Positions 12,592 to 22,394 of a DNA stretch of 64,000 bases are shown here, in pieces. Source of the DNA: Phallusia mammillata (lineage: Eukaryota); contig OZ281498.1 of the NCBI GenBank assembly GCA_965637545.1, positions 17,546,001-17,610,000 on the forward strand, written 5' to 3'. The stretch's first letter is position 1, and each line of letters starts with the position of its first letter. The notes beneath the pieces were generated by a model. That model did not search any database, was not told where the DNA came from, and saw only the letters and a list, made by a program, of their open reading frames with translations. The position numbers were made by a program, and so were the translations under genes.

Positions 12592-13715
12592 AAAATTATA
12601 AGAAGCAAAGGTTTTACATTTCGATGTTTTTCATCGTGTCAAAGCCTGAGGTGGAAGGCATGTTTAACAGAGTTTGAAAGGAAAGTACCGCTTTATATCA
12701 TTACGCGATAATGAATTTCGCTTCGCTGCAATGAGAAATGGACTAGTTTACGAAAAAAAGAAAAGTTTAAAACTGCGTTAAAATTGTACAACAACCCAAA
12801 ATGCTTGTTTACTTGTGGTGATTCTGCTTAATTAATTTGCCGCAAAGCTCAAAAGGTATGTGAATGACGAAATATAAAATTCGGATACATCATTCCTCTT
12901 ACACTAATTATATGGTTCTCAAAATGCAATTAATAAAAAAGTTTGCTTCAATCTGTCGTAATTGTTTGGTTAGTTATGTTGGTATTTATCCTTATCAATT
13001 AAGGAGTTGGGAAACGGTTTTGCAAAAAATGGAGACCTACGTCATGCAATGTTGTGGTGCAAACTGTACATTTACATTTCTAAACGCAGATGCTGTTCCC
13101 ATAAATGCAAAGAGTTTGTTAAGGTTTACAATGCTGGAAATGCGAGCAAGCCTCAAACTTCCGGGACTGTTTAAACTTTAGAAAAAGCGTAATATCCTGG
13201 AAAGCAGGTAATTTGAGACATATAAATAAGTCTTTTCATTTCTGCGACTTTTAGAGTGGTATTCTACTTTTCATATCCCATATCTGTTTGATTTTTTTAA
13301 GTCGAAAGAAAAATCGAAATATTATGTGGAAAGGTTGTTGTATGGCATGTAATGGTATGATGGTAACAAAATTAGTTTTTTGGAAAAATTTAATGCAGAA
13401 AGAAGTAGAATTTTACGATTTTGTTTTTCAAATATAAGTTCGATTAAACATGCTTTTACAACTTCATAGGGTGTCGACTTTTCCAACATCACTGCAATAC
13501 TAATCGAAGCTCGTCATTCTGCACTTGTTGGAAAACGTAAATGTGCAACTGAAACACTTTACGCATAGGTGTCAACCACTGCTATTCGAATTGTATTCAA
13601 TTTACTCGTTTAGAACGCAGGACGCTTCCGAGAACCAATGTCAAGGTGTTTTTTTACATTTCTGTTTGTGCATCGATGCACCGGACTACTTCTACAAGTT
13701 CCTGCCCAACAGACA

Positions 13716-13782
13716 TTTTTTTCATGGGTTTCGAACGCAGAACACTCCCGGGGTGCGCCGGACTATTCGGCCAAGTTATCCC
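13716..13782 (-). mobile_element. tRNA-derived SINE-like repeat, internally deleted copy
   Basis: Minus strand gggataacttggccgaatagtccggcgcacc...gcgttcgaaacccatgaaaaaaa. Confidence 0.5.
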
Positions 13783-14156
13783 TAACCTCAACAATTTATC
13801 ATCCTTGCGCCTACTGAAACAGGTTCTTTACGATATCTGAGATTAAGAACCACCACGCTAGTAGTTGACATACTCTAAGCCCAATGTATCGGGAATCGCT
13901 GAGTTAAATTGTGATCTCAAGTAATAACAATAATGCAGTGCTTCCCTTTAAACTCGGTCAGAAACACTTTTTACTTTTATAAGTATTTCTAGGTACAAAC
14001 ACCAAAGACACACATTCAAAACCGTTTCACATTATAACTTCGTTTGAAAACTGTAAAGCAGTTTTAACACGCAAACTCGCCTCAGTGAAAAAATAAATCA
14101 AATTATTTGTGTTCCTTCTGAGTTGTTTATTTTGCCCAAACGATAATTTTCCGAGT

Positions 14157-17100
14157 TTAATGATATCGACATATGTCATTGCACACGTATGTTTGTACAA
14201 GTTCAGAGCTCGAAATGGATCTAGAAGGTCCCAAATCAGTAATAAAAACTCGCTCCTCGTCTCCAGCAATCTCCAGAAGTTGGGTCATGTTAAATTCCTT
14301 ATCCCCGACGAATCGAACAAACGTCTGGGAAGCGTGCAAGAACAAATAAATTACGTTTGTAAAACGCCTATTTTCAAAACTACGCTGGTAGGAAATTCGT
14401 CCTGAACCCCGTGCACTAAAATATTTTAGTTGCAAATCGTCATAAAAAATTGAAGCTTTAAGTAAACTTTAGTCAGTCAGCTCAGTAACCTATGCTTTAG
14501 TTGGGCAATGTTATAAGCTTCATGTCGACTCTGCCGCTACAATGGCTCCTCTGTTCCTATTCAAATGAATTAGATGTTATTGCCTAACAAATAACAATGA
14601 CTGATTCAAGTTTACAAAACATTTAGTTTCGTAAATAAGTTATAGTTTTAAGTTTTTAAATAGACCACATAAAAAGAAAAAAAGAGCTTACCAAAACACC
14701 TAAGTCTCGTAGGGCTTGTGCAGTTTCTAACACTTCATCATCAGATTGGGCGTCGGTTGTAACAATGACAACATCGAGATGGTGTTTACGAAGTCGTACG
14801 TCCGCATCAAAAACGCTCAGAGCGTATTTAAGCGCGGCACCGATGTTAACCAGACCATCCTCTGAAAAACACAGGGTCAATGACGGAAATCTAATTGAAT
14901 ACCAGAGGTATCAGAGTTACACAAACATTGCTACTGTCTTTAGTTCATTCGCAGTGGTAGACCTGCAGTCTGTCATTGTGGTTGCATGGATTGGGAGGAG
15001 GCAAACTGTATTACATTCATATGGAGCTATTTTTTATTTTGTAAAAGCTGTATTATAATAAACGGTTGGGGCAACGATTTAGTATATCAGCACAATATTG
15101 TTTTTACTAGTGATGCACCGAACCCGCCTAAAAAGGTTCTGGCCGAAACCGAATATTTCGGCCGAATCAGACCGAAACCTAAAATCCCCGTTTTTTGGAT
15201 GGTTTCAATTAAACCTTGTGTTGTTGATGCGAGTGAACTCAATTTTGACAAACTAAAATCACTTTCACACTGGGTAAACTTTGCTAAACATCTAATATTT
15301 TGCAGACAACGTGGCTGGTATTTCATAGATACAACAAATAGTTAATTAATGATGTTTCGTATGGGCGTAAATGAAATTTAAGGCCTTAATTCCATGCAAT
15401 AAAAAAGTTCGGTTTCGGCCGAATTTTCAAAAAAGTTCGGGCCGAAACCGAAACATTGGAAAACAGCGAATTCGGCCGAAATGTTTCGGCCAACCGAAAC
15501 TTCGGTGCATCACTAGTTTTTACCAGTTTTTGCAAACTTCTGCATCTTAACAAGTTCGAAAAGCGACGAGCTGTTGATGTCGAGAGGCGTGTCTTGAAAC
15601 GTAATTGCATTCTCAAGGTGGACTTCGCCACTAAAAGGAATGCGTGCCAATCTCATTGAGTCCAAACCGGTGTTGTACGTCCTGCATATGTGATTTAAAT
15701 TAGACGTAATTCGGTGTTACTGTGGCAACTTTATGCGCAATTGGGTACCGTTAATTAAAGTATAAAAACCCGATCAAACTACTTAAAGATGGATTATATG
15801 AACTATTTTTCATTCTGATTAATCTAAATTTAAAGCGGTTCTGCATTGCAAAACAAGACATCATTGCATTCTCACCCGATTGAAGATTTCGCGAGTTTAT
15901 CAGTCATCATTTGCCACGTTGCCGCGTCACTTGCATGTACCATAACCATGTAGTCGATTGGAACGTATGGAGGACAGGGCCCTAAATATGAGTGTTAAAC
16001 TTTGTTTACAAAATTGAACTAACAAAACAAATGCTTTCACTTACTTGCGCAGCACTGCTTTGGTTGACTCCACTGTCCGTTACGAAGACATCGAGATGTC
16101 CCAGCTTTTGGTGTGGGTTGAATCGAGAATCCATCACTGGTGCAAGTAAACTCACAAACTGAACCAGGATTGTTTGAATCACTGCATCTTACTTCACCAT
16201 TAGAGAAGGCAGTCGGTACTGGTTGACATTGTGCATTGGCTGTAAAATGGAATTAGTTTGACATTTAGCTACGTTTTATGATAAAAAAGGATTCTGTGGT
16301 AATTTTTACTGGAATGGTATAGTCTATGATTTGTAGTGAATATCACCTGCACACATGTTGTTTTCGTTGCACATGGAGGTTTCACAACAGCAAGTGCAAA
16401 GAGAAGAGGGACGGTCATTGTTACATTGATGCTGACGAGAACGACGACCCAGAAAGTTCTATGAAAAACAACAATTAAAACAATTGTCTTTCTAGCTTTG
16501 AAGTAGCACACTAATTAGTGTTGGATTAGGCTCGGTTAACATACTGACAGTGGATATTTAAGAAATTGTTTTGCCAAATGAAAGCATTCACGTGTAAAAA
16601 TCTCCTGCCAGGCTAGATTTATAAAGCCTGTGTGCCTCGCCATGTGGGAATGATCAGTGACCGGTTGATTCGGTATAATGCCTTCAATGGGTCATTGACG
16701 TACTATGTTTATTTCGGTGGGCCATGGTCGCTGGTCTGCATAGACGCTTCAGGGTCCCACTTAGAAAATCTAGTAACACCATGCCCCACGGCAGAGCGCT
16801 AAATTTAAAAAGGTGGCACAAAGATAAAACTTGATTTCTAATGTAAAGAATATAAAACTTACCTTCCAACCCTACCCCTCTTCAACCGTAAATTAATAAT
16901 TGAGCGCTTTGCGCCACGAAAGTTAGCTAAATGTGGGTCTGCCGCGTTAGTAGCTCCACCATCCCACTTACGAATGTACGTTTTCCTTAGCCATTGTTAG
17001 TTACTGCATAACTTGTATGATACAGAGGTTGTTTATTGGCTCAAACATCAGTAAAATACCTGCTTTTCATCGGATTGACAAGCTGTCCTCTGTTTGCAAC

Positions 17101-17782
17101 CTTTCCATATTAAATTTTCTGAGTCTCTGCGTCTCACTACGGTCGAACAAATGTCCTGTAGAATAGAGTTTCACTTCCCTTTAATTCAAGATTTAATAAA
17201 AAATGTCGTAAATGTATTATCAGTGTTAATAAAGTCGGTGCTGTAGAAGATTAAAGTTACAGGTTTTTATTTACCAGATTTAATTTTAGTTTAGTTGATT
17301 TTTGCACTGGAAGTGGTTTGAGTAAAATGCTTGTTTCAATCTACCTGTTAAGTTAATAGTTTTGGTCTGAAAGTTAAAGGAAGCATATTTTCATAAAATA
17401 ACTGAAGTTTCGCTAAATGTGGCTGTTCCAAGATTAAGTCAATTTGAGTAACTCAATAACTACAATACCTTATAATACATTCGAAATACCTGGGAATCAA
17501 TGCATTTTACCGCCTGGCCAATGAGTTTACAATCTTCCAAACTTGTTGCTTGGTCACATTGCCAGCATTGTAATCCTACAATGACAAATGAAACGAAATC
17601 TTTATGAATTACGCGAAGTATCTTAATTGCCGTAACCACTATCACTTTACTACATTTGCCTCATGTACTAAATTCTTCAACAGCAATGTAAATTTGCGCT
17701 TGGATTTTAATATCAAGTTTGTGTTACCTTGTGAAACTTGCAAAACTCCAACAAAAACAAAAATTGTAATGCAAGTTTTCAT
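14157..17782 (-). CDS. LSV copy 4 (subfamily B): intact 381-aa secreted Ly6/uPAR-sushi-vWA protein
   Basis: Exons 17782-17728, 17575-17490, 17155-17060, 16458-16347, 16239-16045, 15981-15876, 15681-15524, 14861-14692, 14324-14157. All introns are GT-AG; the total is 1146 nt with no internal stop. LU-type LQCWQC...KGC...CTCCC...CN, sushi C..NG..C..G.VC.F.C..G..C..NGQWS, vWA DYMVMVHAS...RIPFS...VNIGAAL...VIVTTDAQSDD. Confidence 0.9.
15108..15515. mobile_element. hAT-type MITE, family 1 (TIR tagtgatgcaccgaa)
   Basis: Terminal inverted repeats; perfect 8-bp TSD gtttttac at 15100-15107 and 15516-15523; internal ggccgaaaccgaa repeats. Confidence 0.9.
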
Positions 17783-17859
17783 ATTTTCGTCCCGATTTGT
17801 AGTTACAGAGTACAAAATTATTCTGCATTACCATGTCCCCCGCTGGCATATGTTATATG

Positions 17860-18050
17860 CTTGACCGTTGATGTTGTAAGGCCTCGAGGCAGGACCATCA
17901 AGTTGTTTTATGTTTTGAGATTTATGGTTTTAGACGTTGTGTATATAAATTGAGATACTTGACCGTTGATGTCGTAAGGCCTCTGGGCAGGACCAGCAAG
18001 TTGTTTTATGTTTTTATGTTTTATGGTTTTTCACGTTTTGTACATAAATC
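17860..18050. repeat. Two diverged tandem copies (~97 bp) of the LSV copy 4 proximal upstream region
   Basis: ttgaccgttgatgt(t/c)gtaaggcctc...aggacca(t/g)caagttgttttatg occurs at about 17862 and 17959. The unit is single-copy upstream of copies 2 and 3. Confidence 0.7.
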
Positions 18051-20195
18051 GAGTTATAATGTATCTCTGCCCAGGGATCTTTGGCAACGTGGCGATGCAG
18101 AATTGCCTTACAGAGATTATTAGTTTTTGGCGTTATGTACCAAGCGGTATAAATCTCACATGTTTTGACCTCAATACTTACGTTATTCAACCAATACTAA
18201 CAATATTTAGATTGGACTTTGTTCGGCGCTGGTACAGGTTACTTGAATTATTGTGCGACTTTATTTGCTTGAAAAAATATGTAGGATAGTTTGTAGTCAT
18301 CAATGACAAAATTATAGTATATATTTAACCTAACTTTTGAAAATGCATTTTCCAGTCAGAAATTTTCTTATGTTTTTCTCCGGCCAAGCAAAAAATTTCC
18401 CCCACGTATCCTTACGACATCTACCTTCTGCCATGTTTGTATAACACAAATCAACGTGAAAGATAAATCTGTGTTGTGCAGTGGTATGGGCCATACATAC
18501 CAAAACCACACATGACACAAACATAAACGCCAGATATGACAGGTAGATCGCCAAATGCTCTGCCGTTTAACATATTTAACCGATACAGTTGGGTTTGTAT
18601 AGTATGTCAAAACTTCGATTGTATATAATAAAACTGCTAGCAATACTCGGTTATAAATTATGTCTGGCAGTAACAGTTTATTAATTTGGGTTTGTCATTA
18701 ATATAATCATTATCAGCACAAATAACCCGACCGTTTATTATGCTATCTTTGAAAATTGTCACAGATGTGTTGGCAGTGCATGAGCATAACTCGCAGCAGT
18801 TTTTTGGGTTTCAGTCGAGCGTGATCGTTTTGTGATAAAAAATGAGGTTGTCGCATGGTTTCTAATACGGTTTAAGAAAGTTCAAAAACGTGGGGCTTAG
18901 TGATGCAAAACCTTCTGGCCAATCAGCCACAAACCTCTAATTTTTTAAACAACGAATGACAATGTAAATTGTGACGTTGTCCAATCACATCGTGTTCTAT
19001 TTGAGAAATCAAAAAGTCGCAATGCTAGGAGACAATCATTTGCGGTTATTGTACTTTCTGTAGAGGACGCTTAGAATACAGCAACTGCTAGCTAGAATTC
19101 GTAGAACTGTTCGTAAGGAAGTATTTGGCAAAAGAATGCACCGTGAGTGGTCTTGGTGACAACAGCTTTACTCCAGTAAGTGTATGTTTATTATTCATAA
19201 AGTAAATATAACTTTTTAAGCAATTTGTAAGTAAAGACAAGTGAGAATTAGTATTTAGATTCAGTTTAAGCCAAAACCGATACGTGGCAGCAAAAAGTCT
19301 GATTGACATCATGAAAGTCAATTATTGTTATGGTAAGTTTTTATTTTTCCTGTACAATTGTAATTTAACTCTTTGTCTGTATCTGTAGGTGAGATGAAAG
19401 GAAGCAAATTATCCAGCAGTGTCATAAAGTGAATTGGAAGATGCTGTTTATTGGGTGTTTCCTGGGCTGTTTATTTTGTACGTCGAACTTTTATTTGTCG
19501 AAGTGTGAGTACTGGCAATGGTGTAAACGTTATGCGCTAAAAATATATTGCAGAGAGACCATATTTGATGTATTGTGTTTGCTGGAGAAGTCAGTGGGAT
19601 AAAAACGCAGTAAATTATAGCTGAACATAGTTAAAATGGTGAAAATTGTCAGGTAACCGAAAAAGGTCCAAAGAAAAAACGGAGAAAAGCTGGCAAAGGC
19701 TCGCAGATGAACCATACAAAAATTCTTATCTATGATTTATCTGTGGTCCGGCGTCAAGTTTCATGGCAAGTTAGGTAGATATAGGTTCCTGATATCATCG
19801 GCTCAGTATCAACTTTTCATCCTACTTTTTCCCCGGGTTTCCATTTCGGGGGAAAAGTCATGGATGGCTGGAGATAATTTTTCTGACTGGGTGGATGACT
19901 AATTCATGGCCTTTACCTTTTGATATTTTTGGGTTGATGGTATTAAAATCTGTGTCACAACAGCTTGATTTCCCAACGTTGCTTACCTATCCTAAACAAA
20001 AACCGTCGACAGCGTTAATCTTCATTCACACTTCTGCCCTGTCGTTACAAAAATAGAAACGAACATAAAAGGGTTGACCCTTTTAATTCTGAAAATTAAA
20101 TTGTGGCATATTTAGGATCACATTTGATAAATAAGCTATTGCTGCCAGGCATAGTATCAAGTTAATAGAGCTCTTCTGGCAAATGTGTTTTTATT

Positions 20196-20235
20196 CCGAC
20201 GTTTCGACGTCCTATACAGGTCGTCTTCACCAGGG
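20196..20235 (-). ncRNA. Minimal type I hammerhead-ribozyme motif (Penelope-like), with an A6G core change
   Basis: Minus strand cc-CTGGTGA-a-gacgacct-gtat-aggacgtc-GAAAC-GTC-gg-aataaa. Stem II pairs 7 of 8, stem III is the palindrome ACGT, and the triplet is GUC. Confidence 0.55.
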
Positions 20236-21041
20236 TAAATAACACTGAATGTGACTAGAACAGTGTACGATAAACAAAGGGAAAAAAATGAAACGCAAGC
20301 ACGTCACAACGCAACGAAAACACCGCGCGATAACGAATGATTGGGCTTCTATGTCTAAATCACATTTGATGTCTAAATGAGCCCAAAACAGAAACTACCA
20401 TGAAAAAAAATTCACGCCTAAATTGTGTAATCATTCGGTTGTAACACCTCATTATCTATCATGCAATTTTTCGCAGTTATTATGGAATTTTTTTATTTAC
20501 ATATCCATCTGGTCACTAAGGATTCATTCGTGTCTCTATGAACACTGTAAAGCTAATTAAAACACAACTGTATTTTTGTACTCTCGACATACTGAATTTA
20601 TCCGTAATATACTTACTATTACAAACCGTAATCATATATTCGCAGTTTTGGTTTGTTTTAGGCCTAATCCAGCAACAAAGTACGTTTATGTTCTTAAAGA
20701 AGTAAGTACCCCATTTTTCATTTTCTTGAAAAAGTCAGAATGTAAACTTACACCATTCCCAACGGTTTATAACCTATGATTTATTGTACGTCTCAATCTA
20801 AAAAGTAAAATTATCGGATATTAGTGGGTCTAAATTTTTCGCCATCATGTTCGTTAAAACAGCTTAAATCTAAGTTTTGATTAAATTTTAAACGTAACTA
20901 TAGAACGATAATGGTGTATACCATACTTTCACGGAAGGTCAAATTATAAAAAATTGCTTCGACACAAATTATAGCTTGGCGTTTAAAACAACCGCAACAG
21001 TTTCTCAAACATGCCATTTGCAACAATTTGCTCTCTTTCCG

Positions 21042-21583
21042 GGTATGCCGTGGATATTTATCACAGCACGAACAAGCGTAGTTTTTAGTTCAGTCGATCA
21101 ATCAGGATGCCGTGCTAGAATTTTAGCGTTGGTTTGATCATCTACCGATGAAGTGCGTCCAGCAAAGGAGTTGCGAGATTTTGGCGTTTTGGTTAGAAAG
21201 TTGACTTAATTTGCGTTTGGGAAAGAATGTAGCTTTCATTGGTTGTATGTTTATTAATAAAAAGCAGTTAGAAATTAGGTCAATTCGACGTGTGTTATTA
21301 TGTGTTGTAGTTTAGGGTGTTTGTGAAACGAAAACGGATTGTACCCAGGGGCGCGCTACTTTTTTTCAACCACCACATTCGTCTTTCGTTTGTAATATTT
21401 TTGAGTTTTACACTTTCGCAAGATTCATACGGTCCAGCAGCAAAAGTCAGTGCAATACGAGCTTCTAGAGATTGCTGGAGCAAGAGATCGGATCACAATC
21501 ACCCATCCAAGCGGGTCTTTTCAAAAGTCAAGAACAGGATTTATGCAGCAATATGTCTGCAACCACATATGCCAGTTTTATAA
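21042..21583 (+). pseudogene. LSV relic: decayed exons 8 and 9 (subfamily A-like)
   Basis: RYAVDIY...STDEVRPAKELRDFGVL ends at 21191 before gttag. From 21412: TFARFIRS, a 4-nt deletion, then ELLEIAGARDRITIT...FMQQYVCNHICQFY. No upstream exons recognised. Confidence 0.75.
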
Positions 21584-22394
21584 GACTTGGGGAAACTTCG
21601 GTTAAAACAACTTTATCGTACATTTTAACTGGGTACATTGTTGTTTTAGGTAAAAATTTGTTTCAAATGAAGGATTGTCTCTCACATTATTTATCTTAAT
21701 CGGCAACATGTTAGGAACTATCCTTCTTTTGATTTACGCGATCGTCAATTATTGACTACTTTATGAAAGCCTATTTAGTGTAAAACATATGGGTGTGAAG
21801 GTGATTTTAAATCAAACCTATAAGTTTGGGTACATAGCTATTAGTTTCTAAACTTTTTTCTGGTATAAATTTGAAGGGCATATTCGCATTCTTGAAAGTT
21901 TGGTTGCTACATTGAAATGATTTTCGGTACAATAGATAACTTAGTGGTGATAAACGTTTGTTTATCACCTCAGCTTATTCTTCCAATATTTTTACAATTA
22001 TGTTTCAAAGCACAGTTTTTGACTTTTTTACACATTATGCTAAGAAATGAAGCATAATTTCAGAAACACAGTTTAATACAAAGCAATTAAGCTTTTTCAA
22101 CTTTGTGCGACCATTACTTGCTATCACCTGCAGGGCCTGATTGATGTAAGTTATGCGGCCTTTTTTTTAGAAAAAACGAACCGCGCTTTACATAACCTGG
22201 GGTGAAAAAAGTCAAAAATCATATCTAACATTAACTCACACCCATAATTTATCACGCGATTAGCTTATTTTCAAAACACATTTTGATGCAGTCAATGACA
22301 GGCTGCAAATGCTCGTATGCTATTAGGTAAATAGGATAGAACTGGTAACCAAGCTTCAGGTATATAGAGGCTCTTTATTTATAATTGGTAAAAT

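Larger units (their letters stand above)
6140..12990. repeat. Large inverted duplication (arms about 6140-9520 and 9750-12990, spacer ~230 bp) containing LSV copies 2 and 3
   Basis: Exons, introns and flanks match in reverse complement, for example 9481-9520 with 9750-9786, 6700-6790 with 12605-12690, and 6150-6290 with 12860-12990. Outer limits are approximate. Confidence 0.85.

Noticed and set aside
13716-13782. Functional tRNA gene
   Set aside because: A and B boxes are present, but there is no complete cloverleaf or anticodon arm; treated as a SINE remnant.
16580-17030. ~450-bp insertion in copy 4 intron 3
   Set aside because: Absent from copies 2 and 3, but no TIR, LTR ends or TSD found, so it is left unclassified.
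18330-18643. Hydrophobic minus-strand ORFs that look like membrane-protein fragments
   Set aside because: Three frames give equally weak sequence, with no motif or consistent splice sites.
19090-19990. Exon-like segments with gtaagt donors
   Set aside because: No consistent open frame could be assembled and no homology was recognised.
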